Below, one piece after another: positions 39,562 to 49,079 of a DNA stretch of 64,000 nucleotides. Source of the DNA: Nitrospirota bacterium (GTDB lineage: Bacteria > Nitrospirota > UBA9217); the NCBI GenBank assembly GCA_963740085.1, contig CAVUCU010000001.1, positions 672,001-736,000 on the forward strand, in the 5' to 3' direction. Within the stretch, counting starts at the first letter, position 1; every line of letters starts with the position of its first letter. The notes under the pieces are model-generated. The model was not told the DNA's origin. It saw nothing but the letters and a program-made list of their open reading frames with translations, and searched no databases. A program made the position numbers and the translations under genes.

Positions 39562-41886
39562 CTACACATTCTCCACCATGTCCCAGACCCCGCAGGGACA
39601 GATACCCGCGCAAAATCCGCAGCCGATGCATTTGGACTCGTCGACCACGTACTCGAATGACTTGTTCGGCAGCTTCTTACGCGTTATGGCGCCGTAGTAG
39701 CATGACTGTTCGCACATTCCGCAATCGCGGCAGGAGCCGCAGGACATGCAGCGGTCTGCTTCCTTCTTTGCCGAGAACTTGCCGACCATCCTGCAAACCT
39801 CGTAGTACTGGGTCTTGATCTTCTCGTAGGGGATCACGCGCCGCTCTTCGGGCACATAATCGGTGTTCATCAGCTGTGCGTTGATCACGTCCGCGGCAAC
39901 CTTACCCTGGCCGATGGCATGCGTCACCAGTCCCGGTTTGGTAGCGTCGCCGATGGCGAAGACCTTCACGTCCGAGGTCTGGTTCATGTCGTTCACCGTG
40001 ATGTAACCCCGCTCGGTGTTGATCGATGGCGGCAGGAAATCCAGCACCGGCTTCTCGCCGATGGATATGACTACCATATCGGCATCAAGGCTCGTGCCGT
40101 CCTTGAAAAAGAGCTTCTTTGCCCCGGCATCGTACTTCTCGGTCACCTTCGGGAACAGGATCTGCGTCCCTTTTTCCTTGGCCATCTCCTGTTCTTTACC
40201 GAAACTTGCCGGCTTCTGCACGTCGACGGCGATCACGCTCAGAGCACCATGGTCATACGCCTGGCACGCAATGTCCATGCCCACATTGCCCGCGCCGATC
40301 ACGACCACCTTCTTGCCTGTCAGGTTCCGGGGTTTGCCGAAGTTCACTTCTTTGAGGTAGTCGATGCCCGCAACCACGTCTTCATGACCCGGGAATGGGA
40401 TGACCCGGCCTTCATGGGCGCCGACGGCAATTACCACGACATCGTGGTCCTTGTATATCTTCTCGAACTTCTTTTTGTCCACTGGGTACTTCACCTGGAC
40501 ATTCACGCCGATCTCCGCAAAGCGCGACAGCTCTTTATCGAGTATCTTTTTGGGCAGACGCTCACGCGGGATGCACATCTCGAGCTTTCCGCCGATCTTG
40601 CCGCTGGCTTCATAGAGGTCAACGCTGTGGCCCCTGAGTCCGAGCTGCCACGCCGCGGAGAGACCGCCAGGTCCGCCGCCGATGACCGCAACGCTCTGGC
40701 CCGTTGACTTGGCCTTCTTCGGCGCCTTGAGATTCAGCGCAGCCGAACCATACGCCTTGATATTCAGCGGCTGGTCGATCCTGCCGCGGGTGCAATCGGT
40801 CATGCAGAGGTTCGGGCAGACCGTGCCGCAGACCGTTGCCGGAAGCGGGCTGTACTGAAGTACGAGCGCCAGCGCCTCGGCGGTCCTCCCCTGCCTGATG
40901 AGCTGAGCCCGCTTGTGCGACGGAATGCGCGAGGGGCAGGCATAGGCGCAGGGCGGCAGATACTTGTCGTTCTTCCAGACCGGCATCCAGCGCCGTTCCT
41001 CGCCGGTGGTTATATAGGGAAGCACGGAACGGTCGTGAGTGAGATAGGCGCCGAACATGCCCCCTTTGCCGACTTCCTTCTCCCATACATTCACCCGGAA
41101 CTCGGTAAGCCCCATCTTGAGCTTGCCCTTTGCCTTGGTCTTCTCAGCCGGGGTGAACGAGATGAACTTCTTCCAGGCATTCTTGTCCTTCGCGAGCTCC
41201 TGATAATGGGACATCCGGTCTATGGCCTGAAGGTAGGGCCTCATGTTCTCGGTGAGCCACTCCCAGTCCTGCTCCGTCAAATCAAGCAGCCTTACATCTG
41301 TTTTGCTGTACTCTTTGATGGGACCGCGAAAATAGATAGTCCCGCCGACCATGCCCACGCAGGGACGGTAACCGAGTATGTTCTCGGGATCGCGGGGGTC
41401 CACGCCGCAGACAACAGCAATGCCGCCCGCCTTGAACTCGGCGAAGGAGTCGCCCACGCCGCGGAAGTACCAGGACTGAAGGTCCGGGAAACGCGGATTC
41501 TTCTTGGTCATCGTGTCGCACCGCGCCCCGCCGCCGCCCTGAACATAGAGCTTGCCCTGCGCGCCTGCGTTGTGGGCGCCGTTGGCCACGTCACCGAGGA
41601 CCGTGATGGTAGCCCCGCAGTTGAGCCAGCCGGTATCGTCGGACGTTGAACCTTTTACCAGGATATCGGTGCCATCCATGCCCATACTGCCCACGCGCTG
41701 GCCCGAGGTGCCCTCAATGATGACCTTGACCTGTCCTTCGCGAGGCCAGATCCTGCCGCCGATGCCGTGCTGGCCGTCAGCAACAACGGTCAGCTCTTTG
41801 GCGCCGTTCTGGATGGCCTTTTGAAGCTGCTCTTCAAGATCCTTCGAAGAGACCCGCTTCCCATTAATAGTGCCCTTGATGATCAT
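39562..41886 (-). CDS. Glutamate synthase subunit: GltB domain 3 (GXGXG) fused to a GltD-like FAD oxidoreductase and C-terminal 4Fe-4S ferredoxin
   Basis: GQHGIGG/GQRVGSMG beta-helix; PPCAYACP, CGTVCPNLC; GGGPGG; GAGNVG; CMSCGSCRDCGMC; CIGCGFCAGICPCG. Confidence 0.88.
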   Translation of the reverse strand: MIIKGTINGKRVSSKDLEEQLQKAIQNGAKELTVVADGQHGIGGRIWPREGQVKVIIEGTSGQRVGSMGMDGTDILVKGSTSDDTGWLNCGATITVLGDVANGAHNAGAQGKLYVQGGGGARCDTMTKKNPRFPDLQSWYFRGVGDSFAEFKAGGIAVVCGVDPRDPENILGYRPCVGMVGGTIYFRGPIKEYSKTDVRLLDLTEQDWEWLTENMRPYLQAIDRMSHYQELAKDKNAWKKFISFTPAEKTKAKGKLKMGLTEFRVNVWEKEVGKGGMFGAYLTHDRSVLPYITTGEERRWMPVWKNDKYLPPCAYACPSRIPSHKRAQLIRQGRTAEALALVLQYSPLPATVCGTVCPNLCMTDCTRGRIDQPLNIKAYGSAALNLKAPKKAKSTGQSVAVIGGGPGGLSAAWQLGLRGHSVDLYEASGKIGGKLEMCIPRERLPKKILDKELSRFAEIGVNVQVKYPVDKKKFEKIYKDHDVVVIAVGAHEGRVIPFPGHEDVVAGIDYLKEVNFGKPRNLTGKKVVVIGAGNVGMDIACQAYDHGALSVIAVDVQKPASFGKEQEMAKEKGTQILFPKVTEKYDAGAKKLFFKDGTSLDADMVVISIGEKPVLDFLPPSINTERGYITVNDMNQTSDVKVFAIGDATKPGLVTHAIGQGKVAADVINAQLMNTDYVPEERRVIPYEKIKTQYYEVCRMVGKFSAKKEADRCMSCGSCRDCGMCEQSCYYGAITRKKLPNKSFEYVVDESKCIGCGFCAGICPCGVWDMVENV

Positions 41887-41901
41887 TGTTCCCTCAAAAA
41901 A

Positions 41902-41982
41902 AGGAGTCAGGAGCCAGGAGACAGGATCCGGAAGAAAACCTTGCTCTTCTCCTGGCTTCTGACTCCTGACTGCTGTTTACTG
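41902..41982. repeat. Heptamer inverted-repeat element (AGGAGTC / GACTCCT)
   Basis: AGGAGTC AGGAGCC AGGAGAC AGGATCC ... CTCCTGG CTTCTGA CTCCTGA CTGCTGT TTACTG; same unit as 11309-11337. Confidence 0.85.
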
Positions 41983-41987
41983 TCGCC

Positions 41988-43643
41988 CTAACATACGTAA
42001 CTGATCTGCAGCCGGTCCGCGATCTCTTTGTCGTTCACGCCAAGGGCGTCGGACATGCCGATCGGAAGCTCCGTGCTCCTGCCGAGCGGCGCGAAGATCT
42101 TCTTGAGTTCCACATCCGCGGCCTTGAACACCTCAACGACCCGTTCAGCCACTTTGTCAGGGTCAAGGCGGCGATACAGCTTGGGGTCCTGTGTGGTAAT
42201 ACCGCGCGGGCACTTGCCGAGATTGCAGACGTTGCAGCGGTTGTACTCGTCGCCGAAACAGCCCGCCGCGGTCTGCATGATGTACTTGCCGATGTCCACC
42301 GCCGATGCGCCGAGCATGATGAGGGCTGCCGCATTCGCGGCAAGGTTGCCGCCCTTGCCCACGCCCCCCGCGGCGATGAGCGGAAGTTCGTTCTGTTTGC
42401 CCTGTTTCACGAGGTCCAGGTAGCAATCACGAATGTTCGACGCGATGGGATGTCCCATTTTGTCCAGGGACACGTTGTAGGCCGCGCCGGTGCCGCCGTC
42501 CTCGCCGTCAATGCAGAGCGCCGCGGCATAGGGGTTCCGGGCGAGATTGTTCAGCACGGCACGAGCCGTTTTCGTACCGGAAATTTTCGGATACACCGGC
42601 ACGCGAAATCCCCAGGCCATGGACATGGACTGGATCATCTTCGCGACCGCCTCTTCAATGGAGTACTTCGTCTGGTGCGTTGGCGGCGACGCAAGGTCAA
42701 CGAACTGCGGCACTCCGCGGATCTTCGCAATGAGGCCGAGCACTTTATACGCCTGAAGCAGGCCGCCGTCGCCGGGCTTCGCGCCCTGGCCGTATTTGAT
42801 CTCGATGGCCGCGGGGTCTTCGATCATGTCGGGCAGCGCGCGGATGATCTCGTCCCAGCCGAAGTAACCCGACGCGATCTGGAGGATGAAGTATTTCATG
42901 TAGCGGGACTTGAGAATGCTCGGCGGCATGCCGCCTTCTCCGGAGCACATGACCACCGGCAGGCCTTCGACCTCGTTCAGGTAAGTGATGCCCATGGCAA
43001 GGCCTTCCCACATGTGGGGGGAGAGGGCGCCGATGGACATGCTGCCGATGCGGATGGGGTAGATCTCGCGCACCGGCGGGATAAACGTGTGGTTGCTGAT
43101 CAGGAGATTGTCGCCTTCCACCCTGAGCGGAAGCTGCTCCGCGGGAAGGTTCCTGCCGAGAAGCGTCCTGATGCGGAACTCGTGCCTGCCCGCGTCAAGA
43201 GCCGGATCGGTAAGCATCGAGATGCGTGTGAATTTGAGCTTGTCCAGGGTCGATGTCGAAGGGTCGTTCCGACGTCCGCCGCGCATGAAGGGGATGCCGC
43301 CCTTGTTCCTGAAGTGGTAAAGCTTGTGCTGGAAGTTATATTCCGGAAAGATCGCGTCCGTGGGGCAGACAAGCGCGCAGGTGCCGCAGCCGATGCAGTA
43401 CCGATCGATATCCGTCACCTGACGCACCACCTGGGTCAGCCGGCGAGAGACCTTGGGTTCGGGGCTCGAACCTTCGGACGTTACCACCCGCTGGGTGTAG
43501 ACCGTGGCCTCGATGGACTTCATGGGGCAGACGGCCGTGCAGCGGCCGCAGCGGGTGCAGCGGTCCTCGCGCCACTGGACGATATAAGGAAGCTCTTTTA
43601 ACGAGAGCTGATGGTTCTGGTCTAACCGTGCAGCTGATTCCAT
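41988..43643 (-). CDS. Glutamate synthase FMN subunit (GltB domain 2) with N-terminal 2x[4Fe-4S]
   Basis: CTRCGRCTAVCP, CIGCGTCALVCP, MSIGALS, SGEGG, QIASGYFG, EIKYGQGAKPGDGG, CPRGITTQDP. Confidence 0.92.
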   Translation of the reverse strand: MESAARLDQNHQLSLKELPYIVQWREDRCTRCGRCTAVCPMKSIEATVYTQRVVTSEGSSPEPKVSRRLTQVVRQVTDIDRYCIGCGTCALVCPTDAIFPEYNFQHKLYHFRNKGGIPFMRGGRRNDPSTSTLDKLKFTRISMLTDPALDAGRHEFRIRTLLGRNLPAEQLPLRVEGDNLLISNHTFIPPVREIYPIRIGSMSIGALSPHMWEGLAMGITYLNEVEGLPVVMCSGEGGMPPSILKSRYMKYFILQIASGYFGWDEIIRALPDMIEDPAAIEIKYGQGAKPGDGGLLQAYKVLGLIAKIRGVPQFVDLASPPTHQTKYSIEEAVAKMIQSMSMAWGFRVPVYPKISGTKTARAVLNNLARNPYAAALCIDGEDGGTGAAYNVSLDKMGHPIASNIRDCYLDLVKQGKQNELPLIAAGGVGKGGNLAANAAALIMLGASAVDIGKYIMQTAAGCFGDEYNRCNVCNLGKCPRGITTQDPKLYRRLDPDKVAERVVEVFKAADVELKKIFAPLGRSTELPIGMSDALGVNDKEIADRLQISYVC

Positions 43644-43761
43644 ACCTGCACCTCCTGTGCTCCGGGCGCGATGATCACCATTAGCGAGAGCTGATAATCG
43701 TTATCTAACCGTGAAGCTGATTCCATACCTTAACCTCCCGCGCGCCGGGCGCGATGATCAC
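43602..43761. repeat. Diverged 83-bp-period tandem duplication of the gltB1-end/gltB2-start overlap
   Basis: 43602-43678 aligns with 43685-43761 (shared TCTAACCGTG.AGCTGATTCCATACCT and CCGGGCGCGATGATCAC). Confidence 0.9.
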
Positions 43762-44814
43762 GGTGTCGTATTTCATGGGGAAGATGTCTTTCGATTCGTC
43801 CCGGTCAGGGATAGCGCTGTCCACGCCGCAGACCTCGGACATGAGCGCGTACTTGCCGGGTTTGCCGCCGACTGCACCGGGCCTGAGCTTCTTGGAGTCA
43901 TGCACCATGAAACACGTACCGTCGGGCGTGAACCCGATCACGCAGTTCGGGCCGTCGATGCAGAGCGGCCGGAGCGACTTCTTCAAGAGACGCAGCGGAG
44001 CTGCATCGGACCGTTTCTCGATCTCGGCGTCCTTCATCGGCGTTATGATGTCCTTGTAGTAATGGAGCGGATACCCGAGGGTCCTGTTCGTATAGTGCAG
44101 GATGTGGGTAAAGACCTCGGAATCGGAATTATACCCCATATAGCCCGGGTTGCCGCGTCCCATGAGGAACTCGCGGATCGGCACAAAGGCCGTGTTCTCG
44201 CCGTTCGTCATGGTGGCATATCCCTGGATAAAGAAGGGATGGCAGGCATAGAGGTAAATGGCATAATTCGTGTTCTGCCGCCCCTGGGCAAAGACGATCT
44301 TCGCCTTGATGCCGGACTTCTCGATGCCGAAGAACTCGCCGAGCTGGAGCGGATCGCCCACTTCCTTGAGGGTCAGCACGTCCGGATAGAAGGAGAATAC
44401 GAAGAGCGACCCGTCGGGTTCACCCATCAGCCTGAGCGCGATCCTCGTGCGCATGAGAATGTCTTCCTTCTCAAGCTGGGTCTTGTCCTTGTGCGCAGCG
44501 GGATAGTCGTAGACCTTCGCGATATAATGATCGCGGCGTTCGACGCCCTTCACGTTCTTGATCGGCGGCTCCCAGGAGAACTTCTCCGTAAAACCCTGCG
44601 CCTTCATATAGTCTTCGAGCATGATAAGGCCCTTATCCGAGCAGATCGCCGACATCGTGGGAAACTGCTTGTAACCGGCGAAGGGTCCGGCCATGTCCTT
44701 GAGCATGAGACCGAGGCCGGACCCGTCATGGCCTTCCTTCATGGTCTCAAGCGCATGGATGTTCTCCATGGGGGAGATATAGTCACTCGATGTGATCGCA
44801 CTCAAACGGCACAT
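43705..44814 (-). CDS. Glutamate synthase amidotransferase subunit (class II GATase, GltB domain 1)
   Basis: N-terminal MCRL, GHDGSG, RQNTN, CHPFF, TNGE, SDSE, DGP, KLRP. Confidence 0.92.
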   Translation of the reverse strand: MCRLSAITSSDYISPMENIHALETMKEGHDGSGLGLMLKDMAGPFAGYKQFPTMSAICSDKGLIMLEDYMKAQGFTEKFSWEPPIKNVKGVERRDHYIAKVYDYPAAHKDKTQLEKEDILMRTRIALRLMGEPDGSLFVFSFYPDVLTLKEVGDPLQLGEFFGIEKSGIKAKIVFAQGRQNTNYAIYLYACHPFFIQGYATMTNGENTAFVPIREFLMGRGNPGYMGYNSDSEVFTHILHYTNRTLGYPLHYYKDIITPMKDAEIEKRSDAAPLRLLKKSLRPLCIDGPNCVIGFTPDGTCFMVHDSKKLRPGAVGGKPGKYALMSEVCGVDSAIPDRDESKDIFPMKYDTVIIAPGAREVKVWNQLHG

Positions 44815-45013
44815 GCTGTTGCTCCTGTCCCTTGATACATGCCTTGTATTTTTAGCTGCGCTGTTCTGGAAGGTCACGAGGGTGAAAAAAGTGCAGGGAA
44901 CATGGAGAATCTACGGGGAAATGGGTATGCTTCCGGTCTTCGCGTCTTGTTTTTCCCTTCTCCGTTTCACTCTTTTCCTTCACATCTTCCTGTCGTTCGT
45001 GGCGCTCGATGTT

Positions 45014-45040
45014 AAAAAAAGCCCCTCGTGAGGGGCTTTT
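45014..45040 (-). terminator. Intrinsic terminator between a promoter and gltB1
   Basis: Minus strand AAAAGCCCCT-CACG-AGGGGC-TTTTTTT. Confidence 0.8.
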
Positions 45041-45069
45041 GACTCTCCGGAATATTACTGAGACGAGGT

Positions 45070-45099
45070 ACAATACACCCGATTGCGCACTGCTGTCAA
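45070..45099 (-). promoter_or_regulatory. Candidate sigma70 promoter
   Basis: TTGACA-N18-TATTGT on the minus strand. Confidence 0.5.
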
Positions 45100-45149
45100 G
45101 CCGAAATTTATGATTTGCCGATCCAGGAAAAGAAGGTTTCAGTATCATT

Positions 45150-47096
45150 TTAACTCATATCGCTGAGACGGGCTGGATCACTGATCGGCTCGTGACACAC
45201 TTCCCTTTTACACGGGATGACCCTGCCTTTGTCCTCGCCGTATACGATCGCAGTGTAGGAACGGCCGGCAAGGGCGCGGGCAGCCCGGGCGAGTTCCTGG
45301 TCGGGTTGCGCCTCAACAGTAAGTTTGAGCATGTTGAAATGCGCATCCAGGGCGCAGAAATACGCCCCTGCATGAACGCTCATCTCGCGGGCTGTCCCGG
45401 CAAAGAGTCGGAGCGATTGTTCCGCCTGCTGCTGGTACTCTTCCTTCCCGGTCATCAGGGCGAGTTTGAGCATGAGCAGGACCGCCAGCGCGTTGGCCGA
45501 GGTATGAGGAATATCCTCGATCTTCTTGAGCCGCGTTCCCAGGACTTCTCGATCGGTGTCAAAAAATCCGCCCTCTTTTTTGTCTTGGAACTTTTCCAGA
45601 CAGACCGTCATGAGTTCGTCCGCCATGGCAAGATACCGTTGTTGTGCAGTGGCCTCATAACCCGCGATCAAAGCGTCGATAAGAAAAACATAATCATCGA
45701 GCACGGCCGGGATATTCTCCGCGTGCAAAAGGGCCCCATCCACAAGACGCTCTGCGAGGACACGTTCGAGGCTCTTCACCCCGAACGCCCTGACCTCCCC
45801 ATCACCCAGCACGGCAAAGGCATGGAACCAGGCGCTGATGAGCATGCCGTTCAGCGACGTGTAGAGGGTCTTGTCGATAAAAGGCGTCTCGCGCCGTGTC
45901 CGCACCGCGAGCAGTTTTCCCTTGCCGTCCTGAATTATCCGCTGAATGTCCTCGGCGTTCCTGCCAAGCCCTGTGGCGATCTCCCGCGGGGACCGCGTCG
46001 CGAACAGCACCTTCCTTGCCGGATCGTGGTGCATACTTCCTTCTTCGTGCAGCAGATAGGAAGAGAGCACCGCGTACTCGTCAGGGTCAAGCGCCTTCCT
46101 GAACTCGTCTTCCGTCCAGGTGAAATAGCCGCCCTCGTCATCGGGCGTCACGTCCGCGTCCTGGCTCGCAAAGAACCCGCCCAGGGGATCTGATAAAACC
46201 TCTCTGGTAAACGCGATAATGCCCCGCGCCACTTCGAGAAAACGCTCATCTCTGAATACCGAATAACCGTCCACATAGTTCCTGAGAAGCCCCGCGTTGT
46301 CGTCCGCCATCTTCTCGAAGTGAGGTACGCGCCACGCCTCATCCACGGAATAGCGATGGAACCCGCCTCCCAGATGATCGTGAAAACCGCCCGCTGCCAT
46401 GGCTTCGAGCGTTCTCCGTGCAGCATCGCCGGCGGATGTGCCCGCATTTGTCGCAGCCCGGTGCAGAAGAAACTCCAGCGCTCCGGGCATCGGGAATTTG
46501 GGTGCTGTGCCAAACCCGCCGTTCCGCGCATCCCAGACCGCAAGCATGGACGTTTCCGCCCCGTCGATCATTACTTCGTTGAGATCGGACGGAGACAGCG
46601 CATCGGGCTTGAGCGCCTCCATGACCCTCCGGGAATAGTCTTTAAGATCTTCACGTTTTGTTTTGTAAAAATTGTTCACTGATCTGAGCACGTTCTTGAA
46701 CCCCGGCCTGCCCTGCCAATCCTCCGGCGGGAAATAGGTGCCGCCGTAGAAAGGCTGCTTGTCCGGTGTCAGGAAGACCGAGAGCGGCCAACCGCCTGCA
46801 CCGCCCATTGCCGCGACCGCCTGCTGATACCGGCGGTCGATGTCGGGCCGCTCGTCGCGGTCAAGTTTGATCGCGATGAAATGTTCGTTTAAGATTCGGG
46901 CCGTCTCCTCGTCCTCGAAGGACTCCTTGGCCATCACATGGCACCAGTGGCACCAGACCGCGCCCGTGCTCAGGAACACCGGTTTATCCTCGAGACGGGC
47001 ATGTTCGAAGGCCTCCTCGGACCACGGCCGCCAGTCGATCTTCTGGTTGGCCGCGTGTTTGAGGTAGGCTGATTTTTCTTTCGAGAGTCTGTTCAT
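45150..47096 (-). CDS. YyaL/SSP411-family (DUF255) thioredoxin-domain protein
   Basis: MNRL..EKSAYL..A, WCHWCHVMAKESF, DRDERPDID, GGWPL, APKFP, GGGFHRYSVD, VPHFEKM. Confidence 0.93.
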   Translation of the reverse strand: MNRLSKEKSAYLKHAANQKIDWRPWSEEAFEHARLEDKPVFLSTGAVWCHWCHVMAKESFEDEETARILNEHFIAIKLDRDERPDIDRRYQQAVAAMGGAGGWPLSVFLTPDKQPFYGGTYFPPEDWQGRPGFKNVLRSVNNFYKTKREDLKDYSRRVMEALKPDALSPSDLNEVMIDGAETSMLAVWDARNGGFGTAPKFPMPGALEFLLHRAATNAGTSAGDAARRTLEAMAAGGFHDHLGGGFHRYSVDEAWRVPHFEKMADDNAGLLRNYVDGYSVFRDERFLEVARGIIAFTREVLSDPLGGFFASQDADVTPDDEGGYFTWTEDEFRKALDPDEYAVLSSYLLHEEGSMHHDPARKVLFATRSPREIATGLGRNAEDIQRIIQDGKGKLLAVRTRRETPFIDKTLYTSLNGMLISAWFHAFAVLGDGEVRAFGVKSLERVLAERLVDGALLHAENIPAVLDDYVFLIDALIAGYEATAQQRYLAMADELMTVCLEKFQDKKEGGFFDTDREVLGTRLKKIEDIPHTSANALAVLLMLKLALMTGKEEYQQQAEQSLRLFAGTAREMSVHAGAYFCALDAHFNMLKLTVEAQPDQELARAARALAGRSYTAIVYGEDKGRVIPCKREVCHEPISDPARLSDMS

Positions 47097-47110
47097 AGTC
47101 GGGAACATCC

Positions 47111-47247
47111 ACCACGGAGGCACAGAGACACAGAAAAAAAATGGAGCGTTGGAAGTTGAGACGATATGAAAAGAAGAAAATACACCAATGTGTCTCGCAT
47201 TAACCCCCCAGCATCTTGAAACCTCCGCGCCTCCGTGTTTCCGCGGT
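47111..47247. repeat. Nonamer-period inverted-repeat element
   Basis: ACCACGGAG-GCACAGAGA-CACAGA ... CTCCGCGCC-TCCGTGTTT-CCGCGGT. Confidence 0.8.
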
Positions 47248-47262
47248 AATCAGGCATCTGTT

Positions 47263-47709
47263 TCAAAACGTCCCCGGGTCCTCCGGCGGAAGTGCTTCCT
47301 CGTCAAAAGGCATCACGCCCAATTGGGTCATCACCGATTCGATCTCCGCGAGCAATTCATGGTAATCAAAATCGGGCATTTCCTCGTACAAAGCCTTCTC
47401 GGTCAGCCGATCGAATGCATTAAAATCGAGTTTCCCGTCAAGTACCTGCGACCGAACAAGCAACTTGTATACTATCGCGTCATTATTCGGGTCCTCGCCT
47501 TCCTCTCTGTCAAGCTTCCCTCTTTTTTCCGGGTCGTCAACGTAAGACCGCATAGCGGCCTCAAGGGCGTCATAGAGCGTTACGATGCCGGCGGATATTT
47601 TCCCCTGCCGCAGCCGTCTCTTCCCGCCACGGATGTGGAGCCGTGCGCGCTGCAGCGGTCCTTCTACCGGTCCGAGGGTCTTTTCATCCATCAATCCTGC
47701 ATGGGGCAT
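47263..47709 (-). CDS. Conserved hypothetical protein
   Basis: MPHAGLMDE...RARLHIRGGKRRLRQGKISAGIVTLYDAL...LGVMPFDE..LPPEDP; GAGGT RBS. Confidence 0.75.
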   Translation of the reverse strand: MPHAGLMDEKTLGPVEGPLQRARLHIRGGKRRLRQGKISAGIVTLYDALEAAMRSYVDDPEKRGKLDREEGEDPNNDAIVYKLLVRSQVLDGKLDFNAFDRLTEKALYEEMPDFDYHELLAEIESVMTQLGVMPFDEEALPPEDPGTF

Positions 47710-47756
47710 GTCGAACCACCTCAATGATGCATCTCAGATTCCAATCTTGACGATTA

Positions 47757-49079
47757 TCAGGGCGCGGGGAACAGGTCGGGGTCACTAAAAAACCTGAAGC
47801 CGCCTTTTCCGCTTTGCTTGATCTTGTACATTGCCGCATCGGCCTTGTTCACCAGCGTTTCCGCGTCGTCGCCGTCAAGAGGGTAGATGCTGATGCCGAC
47901 GCTCACCCCCATGGCCAGCTCAAGGCCTTTCATCCGGAACGGCCTGGCCAGGGCCGCGATGATCTTATTGGTGACCACGACCGCGTCCCCGGGGGCGGCG
48001 ATCGGCGCGCAGATGCCGATGAACTCATCGCCGCCCATGCGCGCGACCGTATCCGAACTCCGCATGCACGACGTCATCCTTTTCGAAGCCTCGACGAGCA
48101 CCAGGTCGCCCACCTCGTGGCCGAAGGTATCGTTAATGTGCTTGAAATTGTCCAGGTCCATGTACAGGAGCGCCAGCACATACTGGTTGCGTCTCGCGAG
48201 CGCCAGGAGCTGGTTCATGCGGTCGAAGAACAGCATACGGTTCGGCAGTCCGGTGAGCGTATCGTAGAGCGCCAGGCGCTCGAGCCGCTGCTCCACCTGT
48301 TTCCGCTCGGTGATGTCCTTGAAAAGCCTTTGCACCGCGTGCTTCCCCTCGTATACGAATTTGACGCCGGCAACCTCCACATCGATCACTCCGCCGTCAA
48401 GCCGTACATACTTCTCCTCCATCCACGGCACCATGTCTGCGCTCTTCTCCAATTGCTCCGTCCGCGACTTTGCCATATCCTTGAAATCGGGGTGCACGAC
48501 ATCCATCGCGGACATGCCGATGATCTGGTCCGGATGCTCTGCCCCAAGCATGCGCGCCCCGGTCGGATTGATGAACACGAACTTTCCCTCAGCGTGGATT
48601 GAAATACCGTCCGGCGACAGCTCGACCAGCTTTCGATACCGCTCTTCGCTTTCCCGGATCGCATCTTCCATGCGTCGACGCTCGTTGATCAGCTGCTGCT
48701 TGGAGAAGACCCGGTTAATGACCGCCGGCAGGAGCTCGAGGTATCTCATCTCAACGTCCTTCACGATATAGTCGGACGCCCCGAGCTTGAGTGCCTCGAC
48801 TGCCGCGGATTCATTCCCTTCGCCGGTCAACATGATGACGGGTACCGGCATGCCTTTTGACGACAGCCCGCGAAGGACATCGAGCCCACCGAGGAACGGC
48901 AGGTCGTAATCCACAAGGAGAACATCGTATTGTCCCGCATCGAGCATCTTGAGTCCCTTTTCTCCGTCCGCGGCAAGATCAACACTGTAACCCCGGCGTT
49001 CGAGGTGTTTCTTCAGGAGCAGAGAAAGGCCGGGGTCGTCTTCCATAGAGAGAACGCGGGTGAGCCTGGCTTCAGACAT
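47757..49079 (-). CDS. REC-PAS-GGDEF diguanylate cyclase
   Basis: MEDD, VDYDLP, PAS, YDTLTGLPNR, RSSD I-site, RMGGDEF. Confidence 0.92.
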   Translation of the reverse strand: MSEARLTRVLSMEDDPGLSLLLKKHLERRGYSVDLAADGEKGLKMLDAGQYDVLLVDYDLPFLGGLDVLRGLSSKGMPVPVIMLTGEGNESAAVEALKLGASDYIVKDVEMRYLELLPAVINRVFSKQQLINERRRMEDAIRESEERYRKLVELSPDGISIHAEGKFVFINPTGARMLGAEHPDQIIGMSAMDVVHPDFKDMAKSRTEQLEKSADMVPWMEEKYVRLDGGVIDVEVAGVKFVYEGKHAVQRLFKDITERKQVEQRLERLALYDTLTGLPNRMLFFDRMNQLLALARRNQYVLALLYMDLDNFKHINDTFGHEVGDLVLVEASKRMTSCMRSSDTVARMGGDEFIGICAPIAAPGDAVVVTNKIIAALARPFRMKGLELAMGVSVGISIYPLDGDDAETLVNKADAAMYKIKQSGKGGFRFFSDPDLFPAP

